A stretch of DNA of 64,000 nucleotides from Vicinamibacteria bacterium (GCA_964291235.2 OZ219816.1:1664001-1728000); one strand, 5' to 3'. Shown: positions 1 through 10,460, counted from the first letter of the stretch. Notes: generated by a model from the sequence alone, not told the origin. Made by a program: numbers and translations.

Positions 1-7
1 TGCTTCG

Positions 8-874
8 ATGAAAGGCGGCGTCCCCCAACCGATCGTCTCCGCCGCGTGGCTCCGCGAGCAGATCGCGGCGGGCAACCCCCGACTCGTCGTGGTGGATGTG
101 CGCTGCGACCTGATGGACCCGGCCTGGGGACGGGCTCGCTACCTGGAGGGGCATCTTCCCGGGGCGGTGTTCGCTGACACCGACCAGCACCTTTCCGCCC
201 CCAAGACCGGCGCCAATGGGCGTCACCCGCTGCCCACCGTCGAGCGGATGGCGGAAATCTTCGGACGCCTCGGCATCGGGTCGGACAGCGTCGTTGTCGC
301 CTACGACCACGCGTCGGGCATGTTCGCCGCGCGACTCTGGTGGATGCTGCGATATCTCGGGCACATCCAGGCTGGAGTTCTGGATGGTGGAATTGGCGCT
401 TGGGAGGAGGCCGGGGGCGCCCTCTACCCGGGCGAGGAGACCCGCCCGGGACGGCGCTTCGCGCCCGCGCCCGTACGGAACATGGCCGTCGGCGCGGCCG
501 ACGTCGCGGCAGGTCTCGAGGACCGCTCCCATCTCCTGGTGGACGCCCGCGAGGCGATCCGCTGGCGGGGGGAGCAGGAGCCGATCGATCCGGTCGCCGG
601 CCGCATACCGGGTGCGAGGAACCATCTCTGGAAGGAGAATCTCGGCCCGGATGGCCGTTTCCGCACGCCCGCGGATCTGCGAAGAAGCCTCGGCGGCCTG
701 ACCGCGGACCGGGAGGGTCGTCCCATCGTTTGCTATTGCGGCTCCGGCCTGACCGCGGCGCACAACGCGCTTGCCCTGGAACTCGCCGGCATCGACAACG
801 TGGCGGTGTACTCCGGTTCCTGGTCCGAGTGGTGCGCCGATCCCGACCGACCGGTAGAACGCGGAACGCCGTAG
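8..874 (+). CDS. sseA: Two-domain rhodanese / 3-mercaptopyruvate sulfurtransferase
   Basis: GHLPGA, GRHPLP, AARLWW, GRIPGA, active-site YCGSG and C-terminal YSGSWSEW motifs. Confidence 0.9.
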   Translation: MKGGVPQPIVSAAWLREQIAAGNPRLVVVDVRCDLMDPAWGRARYLEGHLPGAVFADTDQHLSAPKTGANGRHPLPTVERMAEIFGRLGIGSDSVVVAYDHASGMFAARLWWMLRYLGHIQAGVLDGGIGAWEEAGGALYPGEETRPGRRFAPAPVRNMAVGAADVAAGLEDRSHLLVDAREAIRWRGEQEPIDPVAGRIPGARNHLWKENLGPDGRFRTPADLRRSLGGLTADREGRPIVCYCGSGLTAAHNALALELAGIDNVAVYSGSWSEWCADPDRPVERGTP

Positions 875-956
875 CAGCCCGCGCGGATCCTTGGCCCCGC
901 CCGGGCGACTCGACGGCTAGCAGCCGGTGGTGAGACCCCGGTGAGCACCGAGACCG

Positions 957-1232
957 CTAGTGAAGCGTGGGGACCTGAATTCGAGCTTCCGCTGTCTCGA
1001 TTGGGGTCGGACGCGGAATCCCGTCAGGCCACTCGGCGGGCTCCGGCCAGTTCTCCGAAAGAAAGCGAAACGCACGCTCTGCCCTGCGGGTCGTGATCGT
1101 CTTGCCGCGGCAAAGACGGGCCACCGTCTCGCCGCTCCCGGTGGCGTAGCGCGACACCGTGGAGACGCTGCGACCCGTGTATTCAGCGAAGAGCCCACAA
1201 AGCTTGACCAGTTGTCGTGCCGTGTCATCCAT
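957..1232 (-). CDS. Small Cro-like HTH protein of phage type
   Basis: 91 aa; SVSTVSRYATG...TITTRRAERAFRFLSENWPEPAEWPDGIPRP resembles small phage Cro-like proteins; divergent from an S24 repressor. Confidence 0.6.
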   Translation of the reverse strand: MDDTARQLVKLCGLFAEYTGRSVSTVSRYATGSGETVARLCRGKTITTRRAERAFRFLSENWPEPAEWPDGIPRPTPIETAEARIQVPTLH

Positions 1233-1387
1233 GGCACGAAATCATGCCACAAAGGGCACGTCCGCTTCAAGTCGATTCGGTTAGGATGTTACGTCTGACA
1301 TTCACCGCACCGCTTGCAGCGGTGTCCACCAGAAAGGGGGAGGCGGCAGCGGCCGCAGCCCGACAATCGACCGTAATTTGATGTAAT

Positions 1388-2245
1388 GTGACGGATGTGA
1401 CACTTAACGGAATAGAGAGATTAAGAAGCGCTTTTCGTGAGATGGTGGAGGCAGAGGGCCTTCGTCCCCTGGCCTCGCGGACGGGAATTCCCGTGGGTCA
1501 GATCCGGAGTCTGATCGACGGGCGGGCGGTCCGGGTGACGACCCTGGAACGGATGACCACGGTGCTCGGGGTACGGCTCACGATCGGACCAGGTACCGGC
1601 GGCGACCTGTCGCTGGCGCCCGCCCAGCACCACGACTTCCCTGCTGCCGATCCGGCGGCCGGGATTCCGCCGCCAGCCGCGAACGCGGGGCCGATGGAAG
1701 AGACGAAACCAATGGCGGACCAATTCCGCGACGGAGTCGGAGTCGTCAGGGACCTGGCGGAACGGGTCGCGGGGGCAGCGCACTCGCTGTTCCATCTGGT
1801 CTCGGGCTGGGATCCGGTGATGGACCGGGGGGCGCTCGCCCTGATTCCGTTCGCACCCGGCGGTCGGGCGGTCACGGGTGGAGCCGAGACGGTCGGCCGG
1901 GAGTCGAGCGTGACCGTCGGGATCTCCCGGGATGCCCTGCCCGGCTGGAGCGATCCGGGGCGCCTGGTGTGTCTCCGGACCACCGACGACTCCATGGATC
2001 CCAAGCTGTGCCGCGGAGATCTCGTCGCGGTTGACCCGGAGCGCTCGACCCCGGAAGACGGGCAGCTCTTCGCCCTGGCAACCGGAGGCGAAGTCACCGT
2101 CCGGCGTCTCAGATACCGGGATCGCTGGATCCTCGTCTCCGACAATCCGGCGTTTGAGGACCGGCCGCTCGTCGAAGACGACCAGATCCTCGGTCAGGTC
2201 GCCTGGCACGGCCCGCACGATCGGGACCTTCCCAGCGAGAACTGA
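1388..2245 (+). CDS. CI/LexA-like repressor (HTH + peptidase S24-like domain)
   Basis: N-terminal HTH (LRPLASRTGIPVGQIRSL); C-terminal DSMDP...GDLVAVD...VRRL...LVSDNP...ILGQV. Confidence 0.8.
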   Translation: MTDVTLNGIERLRSAFREMVEAEGLRPLASRTGIPVGQIRSLIDGRAVRVTTLERMTTVLGVRLTIGPGTGGDLSLAPAQHHDFPAADPAAGIPPPAANAGPMEETKPMADQFRDGVGVVRDLAERVAGAAHSLFHLVSGWDPVMDRGALALIPFAPGGRAVTGGAETVGRESSVTVGISRDALPGWSDPGRLVCLRTTDDSMDPKLCRGDLVAVDPERSTPEDGQLFALATGGEVTVRRLRYRDRWILVSDNPAFEDRPLVEDDQILGQVAWHGPHDRDLPSEN

Positions 2246-2263
2246 CTCTCCCGCGGGCGCCCG

Positions 2264-3164
2264 TCAGCCGCGTTCCCGGCCCCGGATCAGCCTCAGCATC
2301 AGGCGGTTCCACGGCGTTTGGACGTCGTGCTTCGCGCCCCGGGCAACGATGATCCCGTTCATCGCGTCCACCTCGGTGCGAACTCCGCGCTCGAGGTCCT
2401 GAAGCATGCTGGTCTTGTTGTCCGCGGTCCGGGCCACGATCCGCTCGATGGTTTTCCAAACCTTCGCTTCGGAAGTGGAGAACCCTTCCGCGAGCGCGAC
2501 CGCGACCGCCTCGCGAACCAGGTGCCGGAGCAGTTGTTCGCTTCCCGGATCGCGCAGAAGCTGCCCCGTGCGGAGGCCGAGAAGGGCGCTGACCGGATTC
2601 AGCGCTGCGTTCAGGATGGTCTTTTCCCAAAGCGGGGTTCGGATGTCGGGGACGCGCTGCACGGCGAAACCGGCCTTCGCCAGGCAGGCGGCGAGGGTGT
2701 CCGCGGCTTCTTCGCGCGACGCCTCGAAAAGGGCTCACGATCACTTCGCCAAGCCCGGCGTGGAACACCCGCCCCGATTCGAGAAGGGTCGCCCCGTTGT
2801 TGGAAACGGCGCCGATTACCGGGTAGTCCCCGGCCGCCAGCGCTTCCTCGTTGCCGAGGCCGTTTTGCAAGGAGACCCGGACCGGCCCGGTCCCGAGCGG
2901 GGCGAGGGCGAGCGCGGCGGCGGCGGTCGCGTGCGCCTTTACGGTAACCAGCACGAAATCGGGTCGAAAACCGGCCAGTTCGGCCGCGACGGGAGCGGCG
3001 GGCGGGGAGATGGCTCCCTCCGTGGCCCCCTCGACCCGGATGCCGTCCCGGAGGATCTGGGCCAGCCGTTGTCCCCGGGCGACCACTGCCACCGGGTGCC
3101 GGTCGGCAAGCCGCACCGCGAAGACGCTGCCGGTCGCTCCGGCGCCAAAAATCAAAAAACGCAA
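2264..3164 (-). pseudogene. panE: 2-dehydropantoate 2-reductase, split by a frameshift near 2727-2730
   Basis: N-half FLIFGAGATG, LVTVKA, SLQNGLG is in one frame; C-half LWEKTILNAALNP, TSMLQDL, RTEVDAMNG is in another; removing one T from the TTTT run restores the ORF. Confidence 0.85.
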
Positions 3165-3221
3165 CGGTTCGTGAGAGAGTAGCCGCCGCCGCACCCCGCG
3201 GTGCGAATTGAGGAGAAGCCG

Positions 3222-4868
3222 ATGCGAAGCGACGAAATCAAGCGCGGTCCGAGCCGCGCTCCAGCCCGCGCCATGTGGAAGGCCGTCGGGCTCACCGACG
3301 AGGCGATTTCCCGGCCGCTGATCGGCATCGCCAACACCTGGACCGAGATCACTCCGTGCAACTCCCATCTTCGGGAGCTGGCGGAACAGGTCAAGATCGG
3401 GGTCCGCGAGGCCGGAGGAACTCCGCTCGAGTTCAACACCATCGTGGTCACCGACGGGATCGCCATGGGGTCATCGGGAATGCGGGCCTCACTCGTTTCC
3501 CGCGAGGTAGTGGCGGACTCCATCGAGCTGGTGGCGCGAGGTCACCTGCTCGACGGCGTCGTGGCGATTTCCGGCTGTGACAAGACCATCCCCGGAACGG
3601 TCATGGCGCTCGCCCGGCTGAATCTGCCCTCGCTGATGCTCTACGGCGGCTCCATCGCAGCGGGCCGCTATCGCGGGCAGGACGTGACGATTCAGGACGT
3701 GTTCGAGGCGGTGGGCGCCCACGCCGCCGGCACGATGAGCGACGAGGACCTCAGAGAACTCGAGGGCGTCGCCTGCCCCGGCGCCGGCGCCTGCGGCGGC
3801 CAGTTCACCGCCAACACGATGTCGGTGGCCACCGCCTTCCTCGGGATTTCCCCCATGGTGGGCAACGAGATTCCGGCCACCGATCCAAGGAAGCCGGGGG
3901 CCGCCCGCCGAGCGGGCAAGCGGGTGATGGAGCTACTCCGTGAAGGACGAACCGCTCGCGAGTTTCTCTCCTCGGAAGCGCTTCAAAACGCCTACGCATC
4001 GGTCTCCGCGACCGCCGGGTCCACGAACGCGGTGCTCCATCTGCTCGCCATCGCGCACGAAGCGGGAAGCGAACTCACGCTCGCGGACCTGGACGCGATC
4101 GGGGCTCGAACGCCGGTCCTCACCGACCTGAAACCGGGCGGCCGCTTCACCGCACCCGACATGGAAACCGCCGGCGGCATGCGCCTGCTGGCGAGCCGGC
4201 TCCGTGAACTGGGTCTGCTCACCGACACCCCCACGGTCTCCGGCCGGTCGCTGTTCGAACTCGCCGGCGCCGCGACGGAACGTCCCGGACAGGAAGTCAT
4301 CCGCCCGGCGGACCGCCCGGTCAAGGCACGGGGAGGACTCGCCATCCTGACGGGAAGCCTGGCGCCCGAGGGCTCGGTCCTGAAGCTGGCCGGACACGCG
4401 AAGACCCGGCACGAAGGCCCCGCGCGCGTCTTCGATTCGGAGGAAGCCGCCTTCGCCGCGGTCCAGGAAGGACGCATCCAGCCCGGCGACGTGATCGTCA
4501 TCCGCTACGAAGGCCCTCGCGGAGGACCCGGAATGCGCGAGATGCTCGGCGTCACCGCGGCGGTGATCGGACGGGGACTCGGGGACAGCGTCGCACTCAT
4601 CACCGACGGCCGCTTCAGCGGCGCCACCCATGGGTTCATGATCGGTCACGTGGCCCCCGAAGCCGCGGCGGGAGGCCCCATGGGCCTGGTGCGCGACGGG
4701 GACCGGATCACCATCGACCTGGATTCCAGAACCCTCGACGTGGAGATGCCGGACGCCGCATCCCGGACGGCGACGCCCCCCGAATCCGCGTTCGCGGTCG
4801 GCGCGCTCGCCAAGTACGCCCGCACCGTCTCCTCGGCGAGCCGCGGCGCGGTCACGACCGCGGCCTGA
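3222..4868 (+). CDS. ilvD: Dihydroxy-acid dehydratase
   Basis: TPCN, CDKT, GACGGQFTANTM, GPGMREM, LITDGRFSG; RBS AGGAG at 3211. Confidence 0.97.
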   Translation: MRSDEIKRGPSRAPARAMWKAVGLTDEAISRPLIGIANTWTEITPCNSHLRELAEQVKIGVREAGGTPLEFNTIVVTDGIAMGSSGMRASLVSREVVADSIELVARGHLLDGVVAISGCDKTIPGTVMALARLNLPSLMLYGGSIAAGRYRGQDVTIQDVFEAVGAHAAGTMSDEDLRELEGVACPGAGACGGQFTANTMSVATAFLGISPMVGNEIPATDPRKPGAARRAGKRVMELLREGRTAREFLSSEALQNAYASVSATAGSTNAVLHLLAIAHEAGSELTLADLDAIGARTPVLTDLKPGGRFTAPDMETAGGMRLLASRLRELGLLTDTPTVSGRSLFELAGAATERPGQEVIRPADRPVKARGGLAILTGSLAPEGSVLKLAGHAKTRHEGPARVFDSEEAAFAAVQEGRIQPGDVIVIRYEGPRGGPGMREMLGVTAAVIGRGLGDSVALITDGRFSGATHGFMIGHVAPEAAAGGPMGLVRDGDRITIDLDSRTLDVEMPDAASRTATPPESAFAVGALAKYARTVSSASRGAVTTAA

Positions 4869-4883
4869 GGGCGCGGCCGGCCA

Positions 4884-5101
4884 GGAGCGCCGGCCTCCGG
4901 CCGGCATCGCCGAGCGTAGCGAGGCGAAACTCCCAAGCCTGATCTGCCAGGATGGCGCCGCAGCCCAGCGGCGTGGCGCAGCGTCGCTCGTGCGGCCATA
5001 GAGCGCTACGCCGTCCCCGTTTGGGTCCGCGCCAACGGCGATGATCAAGTCTGGGAGTTTCGCGGCCTGCGGCCGCGATGCCGGCCGGAGGCCGGCGCTC
5101 C
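4884..5101. repeat. ~220 bp REPIN/MITE-like element (family A) with inverted GGAGCGCCGGCCTCCGGCCGGCATCG ends
   Basis: Terminal inverted repeats; diverged inverted copy at 23930-24168; half-copies at 17213, 46401 and 48508. Confidence 0.75.
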
Positions 5102-5147
5102 TAGCCCATAGAATCGGCGGGTTCTTGCCCGTTTGGAGGTAGTGCGC

Positions 5148-8100
5148 GTGCGATTTCGTCTGTTGCCGTCGTTGTTTGCCGGTGGGATCCTGATCCTGCT
5201 CTCCGTAGCCGGGACGTTCGGCCAGAGCGAGGAGGAGGCGGAGGAGAAGAAAGAAGAGACGTTGCCGCTGGCCGCCAGCGACACCCTGTCCTTCACGGTG
5301 ACCGAGGGGACCTGGATGTCCCTCGACGTCTCTCCCGACGGACAGACGATCGTCTTCGAGCTCCTCGGGGACCTCTACACGCTGCCGATCGGCGGCGGCG
5401 AGGCCACCCGGATCATCGGAGGGCTGTCCTTCGAGAGCCAGCCGGTCTTTTCTCCGGACGGCGCCGAGATCGCTTTCCTCAGCGACCGGAGCGGCGTCGA
5501 GAACCTCTGGATCGCGAACGCTGACGGGAGCGACCCCCGCGCGGTGACCAAGGACGGCCCGACCCGCGACCGGCCGCAACTGATGGTTTCCCCGAGTTGG
5601 ACCGCGGACGGCGACTACCTCCTCGTCTCGAAGTCCCGGCCTCCGGAGCGCACCGCCGCCGTCTTCCTGATCCACCGGGATGGCGGGAGCGGCGTCCGCC
5701 TCGGCGAGAAACCTCCCGAGCCCACCCCCGGAGTCTCCGGAGCCCAGCCCCCGAACCGGCTCGGCGCCGTCGCCTCGCCGGACGGCCGCTACGTCTATGT
5801 CTCCGAGCGCCGCGGCACCTTCAACTACAACGCGCAGTTTCCGATCTGGCAGGTGGTCCGCTTCGACCGCGAGACCGGTGAGGAAACCACGATCACGAGT
5901 GCGCCCGGCAGCGCGATGCGCCCGCTCCTCACCCCCGACGGGGGCCACCTCGTGTACGCCACCCGGCACCGCACCCAGACCGCCCTCCGGGTCCGCGATC
6001 TGGCCACCGGCGCGGAACGCTGGCTGGTGAACGGCGTCACCCGCGACGACCAGGAATCCCGCGCCAGTCGGGACACGATGCCCGGCTACGCCTTCACCCC
6101 CGACGGCTCGGCCCTAATCGCCACGGTGGACGGGGGTTTCCGGCGCATCGATTTCGAGACCGGCGCCATGACCGCGATCCCCTTCGAGGCGCAAGTGGAA
6201 GCCGAGATCGCGCCCCGCCTCCACTTCCCGCGCCGGGTGGACGACGGACCGACGGTCACCGCCCGGATCATCCGCTGGCCGCGGCTCGCGCCGGACGGGA
6301 GCGCGGTGGTGTTCTCGGCGTTCAGCCGGCTCTATCGCATGGACCTCCCCGGCGGGACCCCCGCCCGGCTCACCGACTCCGATGAGGACGAGTTCATGCC
6401 CGCCTGGTCACCCGATGGGAGCACCGTCGCCTATGTCACCTGGTCGAGCACGGGAGGGCACCTGAAGACGGTGCCGGCGGCCGGCGGCTCCGGCAGCGCC
6501 ATCACCTCCGACCCCGCCTTCTACGCCGAGCCCGCCTGGAATCCCGCCGGGGACGCCGTCGTGATCCGCCGGGCTCCCGTCAAGGAGCACCTCTATTCCT
6601 TTCTCCGCGCAAGCTGGGGAAAGACCGATCTCTATGCGGATGAGGACGAAATCGGCGGCATGCGTGCGGCCGAACTGAGCGAACTGCTGCTCGTCCCGGC
6701 GGCGGGCGGCGACGTCACCGTGATCGGCCCCGCCGAGGGGGGCCGCTTCCCCCACTTCACGAACGACCCGGATCGCGTCTATCTCACCGGCGCCGGCGCG
6801 GGCCTCTACTCGCTCGAGCTCGACGGCAGCGACCGGCGCACCCACCTCAAGGTGACCGGGCGCGGCGCGGGCGCCAACCCGCCGCCGGCCGGACACATCA
6901 TGCTCTCGCCCGACGGCGACCGGGCATTCTTCGAGCTGCAGAACCGCCACTACCTGGTCGAGATCCCGAGCTTCGGGAAGCAGACTCTGGAGGTCAAGGT
7001 GGGCGGCGGCGAAACGCCGGTCCCGGTCCGCGAAGTCGCGCCCGAAGGCGGTGACCACCTCGCGTGGTCGCCTTCCGGCGACGCGGTCGTGTGGTCGCTC
7101 GGCAACCGCATCTACCGTCAGGACGCCGCCGCCATCGGGGGAGAGGATGACCTCACCCCGGACACCTTCGACGCGGTGGTGACCGAGCCCCGCGCCCGCC
7201 CGAGCGGGCAGATCCTGCTGAAGGACGCCGCCCGGGTCCTCACCATGGACGGGGAGGAGATCATTGAGGGCGGAGATGTCCTGGTCGAGGACAACCGGAT
7301 TGCCGCGGTGGGGGCCGAACTCGAAGCTCCCGAGGGGGCCCGGGTCTTCGACGTGTCCGGCAAGACGGTGATGCCGGGCTACGTGGACGCCCACGCCCAC
7401 ATGTGGGCGCCCCGTGGCGTCCACCAGCGCCAAGTCTTCCAGCATCTCGCGAACCTCGCCTACGGGGTCACCACCACCCGCGATCCGCAGACCTCCACCG
7501 CCGATGTCTTCGCCTACCGCGACCTCCAGGAAATCGGGCGGATCCTGGCGCCGCGGATCTACGCCACCGGCCCCGGGATCTTCTCCCGATCGGGGGTGTA
7601 CGACGCGGACGCCGCCGACGACTTCCTGAAGCGCTACGCGGAGTCCTACGACGCGATCACCATCAAGCAGTACGTGGTTGGCGACCGCATCGTTCGCCAG
7701 TGGGTCGCGATGGCTTCGATGAAGCATCAGCTCATTCCCACCACCGAGGGCGCGCTCGACCTGAAGCTGGACCTGACCCAGATGGCCGACGGCTTCTCGG
7801 GGAACGAGCACAGTCTCCCCATCGTCCCCATCTACGACGACGTGGCCCAGTACGTGGCGCGCACCCAGACCTACTACACGCCGACCATCCTGGTCGCCTA
7901 CGGGGGCCCCTGGAGCGAGAACTACTACTTCCAGAACACCGACGTGGTGGGCGACGAGAAGCTGGCCCGGTTCATCCCCGCCGCCATCCTCGACAACATG
8001 GTCCGTCGCCGCGGCCAGTGGTTCCTCCCCGAGGAGTACGTCCACTCGGGGATCTCCGAGGGCTGCATGAAGGTGATGCGCGCGGGCGGCCGCTGCGCGC

Positions 8101-8465
8101 TCGGCAGCCACGGCCAGCTCCAGGGACTCGGCGCCCACTGGGAGATCTGGGCGCTCCAGTCGGGCGGGCTGACCGAGCACGAAACGCTCATCGCCGCCAC
8201 CTATTTCGGAGCGGAGGCGATCGGCTTCGCCGAGGACCTGGGAACGCTCGAGGCCGGCAAGCTGGCCGACATCCAGATCCTCGACGCCGATCCTCTCGCG
8301 GACATCCGCAACACGAACTCGGTCCGTTTCGTGATGCGGAACGGCGAACTGTTCGACGCGAACACCATGGCCCAGCTCTGGCCGGTGGAGCAGCCGGCGC
8401 CGGATCGGTTCTGGGTGGGTGACAACCCGCCCTCGCCGTCGAGCGGATCGGGGACGGGGCGCTGA
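5148..8465 (+). CDS. Secreted amidohydrolase with TolB/PD40 beta-propeller repeats
   Basis: Signal peptide; EGTWMSLDVSPDG and repeated PxWSPDG; DAHAH metal motif; GSHGQLQG; GTLEAGKLAD. Confidence 0.9.
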   Translation: MRFRLLPSLFAGGILILLSVAGTFGQSEEEAEEKKEETLPLAASDTLSFTVTEGTWMSLDVSPDGQTIVFELLGDLYTLPIGGGEATRIIGGLSFESQPVFSPDGAEIAFLSDRSGVENLWIANADGSDPRAVTKDGPTRDRPQLMVSPSWTADGDYLLVSKSRPPERTAAVFLIHRDGGSGVRLGEKPPEPTPGVSGAQPPNRLGAVASPDGRYVYVSERRGTFNYNAQFPIWQVVRFDRETGEETTITSAPGSAMRPLLTPDGGHLVYATRHRTQTALRVRDLATGAERWLVNGVTRDDQESRASRDTMPGYAFTPDGSALIATVDGGFRRIDFETGAMTAIPFEAQVEAEIAPRLHFPRRVDDGPTVTARIIRWPRLAPDGSAVVFSAFSRLYRMDLPGGTPARLTDSDEDEFMPAWSPDGSTVAYVTWSSTGGHLKTVPAAGGSGSAITSDPAFYAEPAWNPAGDAVVIRRAPVKEHLYSFLRASWGKTDLYADEDEIGGMRAAELSELLLVPAAGGDVTVIGPAEGGRFPHFTNDPDRVYLTGAGAGLYSLELDGSDRRTHLKVTGRGAGANPPPAGHIMLSPDGDRAFFELQNRHYLVEIPSFGKQTLEVKVGGGETPVPVREVAPEGGDHLAWSPSGDAVVWSLGNRIYRQDAAAIGGEDDLTPDTFDAVVTEPRARPSGQILLKDAARVLTMDGEEIIEGGDVLVEDNRIAAVGAELEAPEGARVFDVSGKTVMPGYVDAHAHMWAPRGVHQRQVFQHLANLAYGVTTTRDPQTSTADVFAYRDLQEIGRILAPRIYATGPGIFSRSGVYDADAADDFLKRYAESYDAITIKQYVVGDRIVRQWVAMASMKHQLIPTTEGALDLKLDLTQMADGFSGNEHSLPIVPIYDDVAQYVARTQTYYTPTILVAYGGPWSENYYFQNTDVVGDEKLARFIPAAILDNMVRRRGQWFLPEEYVHSGISEGCMKVMRAGGRCALGSHGQLQGLGAHWEIWALQSGGLTEHETLIAATYFGAEAIGFAEDLGTLEAGKLADIQILDADPLADIRNTNSVRFVMRNGELFDANTMAQLWPVEQPAPDRFWVGDNPPSPSSGSGTGR

Positions 8466-8848
8466 GGGCTTTCAGCCCATCGTCCTTCGCGCGCCGATGA
8501 GCTGCGCGCGCCCCGTCCCCGATCCGCCCGGCGCTTCGCGCCGGAAATCGAAACTCCCTGGTGCGCTCGCCGCGCACTGCGGCGAGTTCCGATTTGGCGT
8601 CTTCGTCTTGTGAAAGGGGGGGTGCCCCCCCTTTCACACTTTCCCCCCGGTGTCGAGCGGTTCGGGGACGGGGCGCTGAGGGCTTTCAACCCATCGTCCT
8701 GCGCGCTCCGATGAGCTGCGCGCGCCCCGTCCCCGATCCGCCCGGCACTTCGTGCCGGAAATCGAAACTCCCTTGTGCGCTCGACGCGCACTGCGGCGAG
8801 TTCCGATTTGGCGTCTTCGTCTTGTGAAAGGGGGGTGCCCCCCTTTCA
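8438..8848 (+). repeat. Two tandem copies (period 214 bp) of a multi-hairpin element (family C); copy 2 is truncated at the island border
   Basis: Copies start at 8438 and 8652; each ends in a TGTGAAAGGGGG..CCCCCTTTCA hairpin; diverged copy at 55850-56052. Confidence 0.9.
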
Positions 8849-9031
8849 TCCATAGTGAATGGCTCCTGCATGTTCCCAGAAGGGCATACACGAGCCTATA
8901 GTGCAAGAACACCAAGGGATTAGGGCCTGATACCGATTCCCGTGCTGCCCGCTTCCGTCCTGCCGAAGCGCTACACTTCTCGCCGATTGCGAGGGCCAAT
9001 AGGGGGGCCTCGTCACCTCGGAGGCGGCAAT

Positions 9032-10180
9032 ATGGCGAACATGACCGCAGCAAGGGCAAAGGCCCTCAAAGAACCCGGGCGCTACGGCGCGGGCGGCGGC
9101 CTCTACCTGCGGATTCGGGCCACCAAAGTGTGGGTCCAACGCTTGACCGTCAACGGCGTCCGCCGCGACATCACCATCGGACCCTTCGACTTGGTGCCGC
9201 TCGCCGAGGCCCGCATGGTCGCCCTCCAGAACCGCCGCGCCCTGTGGGAGGGGAAGGACCCCATCGCCGAGCGCCGCCGCGGCACCGTCCCGACGTTTTC
9301 CGAAGCGGCGGAGCGGACGCTGGCGGAGCGGAGGGCGAACTGGCGGGGCGACGGGTACGCGCGGGCGTGGGAGCGGACGCTGGCGCGGTATGTCTTCCCC
9401 GCGCTCGGAGCGATGCGTGTGGACGCGATTCGCGGGGATGACGTGCTCCGGGTGCTCTTCCAGGACGACCTGTGGAACCGGAAGCCGACCACCGCCCAGC
9501 GGGTGCGCCAGCAGATCCGTACCGTGCTGGGCTGGGCGCAGGCGCGGGAGTTCGTCGAGCGGAACGTGGCGGGCGAGGCGATCGAGGGCGCGCTCCCGAA
9601 ACGGCGGCGCCGTCCGAGGAGCCATCGCGCCCTGCCGCACGCCGAGGTGCGCGAGCTGCTGGCGAAGGTCGAGGGGTCGCGGTCGCGGGCGGCGGTCCGC
9701 CTCTGCCTCCGGTTCCTGATCCTGACGGCGGCGCGCAGTGGCGAGGCGCGGGGCGCGCGCTGGTCGGAGATCGATGTGGACAACCGCACCTGGACGCTTC
9801 CCGGCGAGCGCATGAAGGCCGGGAAGGAGCACCGCGTTCCCCTGAGTCCGCAGGCGGTGGCGGTCCTGGAGCGCGCCCGCCGGTTGCGGAGCCGGAAGGG
9901 GTGCGAGCTGGTGTTCCCCGGACGTTCGGGGGATCGGGAGTTGAAGGACATGGCGCTGACGAACGCGCTGTGGGCGGCGGGGGTGGGCGAGCGTGCGACG
10001 GTTCACGGGTTCCGCTCGACGTTCAGCGACTGGAGCGCCGAGCAGGGGAACGCGCCGATGCTGGCGGAGGCGGCGCTGGCCCATACGGTCCAGGGCGTCG
10101 AAGGCGCTTATCGGCGGACCGATCTGTTCGACGAGCGAAGGCCGGTGATGGACGCTTGGGGGGAGTACGTCGGGGGGTAA
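9032..10180 (+). CDS. P4-like tyrosine integrase with N-terminal arm-binding domain
   Basis: GGGLYLRI arm domain; TAARSGE, MKAG, HGFR, LAH, GAY catalytic residues all present; RBS GGAGG at 9020. Confidence 0.95.
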   Translation: MANMTAARAKALKEPGRYGAGGGLYLRIRATKVWVQRLTVNGVRRDITIGPFDLVPLAEARMVALQNRRALWEGKDPIAERRRGTVPTFSEAAERTLAERRANWRGDGYARAWERTLARYVFPALGAMRVDAIRGDDVLRVLFQDDLWNRKPTTAQRVRQQIRTVLGWAQAREFVERNVAGEAIEGALPKRRRRPRSHRALPHAEVRELLAKVEGSRSRAAVRLCLRFLILTAARSGEARGARWSEIDVDNRTWTLPGERMKAGKEHRVPLSPQAVAVLERARRLRSRKGCELVFPGRSGDRELKDMALTNALWAAGVGERATVHGFRSTFSDWSAEQGNAPMLAEAALAHTVQGVEGAYRRTDLFDERRPVMDAWGEYVGG

Positions 10181-10460
10181 GTCCGACTCGGAGGCTACGG
10201 GGACCACCGGCTACCAGTGTCCACAGCCGCGCTCGCGGTGCTCCGCGAGCCGAGAGCGTTCGCCACCGGCTCGGAGCCGGCATTCCCCCTCGGCGCGGAC
10301 CGGCCCGCTGTTTGACGGGGCGATCTCGAGGCCGGTTCGTCAACTCGGGATCGGTGAGGTGCCGCGTCGAGCCGCCAGCTTCTCGGTGAGGAGCATCGGC
10401 GCGGTCGAGGTCCCAGGATGGTCCCCATCCCTGAGGCTGGCTAACGTGCTTATGCACGAG

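Noticed and set aside
957-2245. Prophage
   Set aside because: No structural, replication or lysis genes nearby; flanked by metabolic genes
8855-8890. tRNA-derived att site (AATGGCTCC) at the island's left end
   Set aside because: No T-arm consensus and no matching tRNA or second copy in the window
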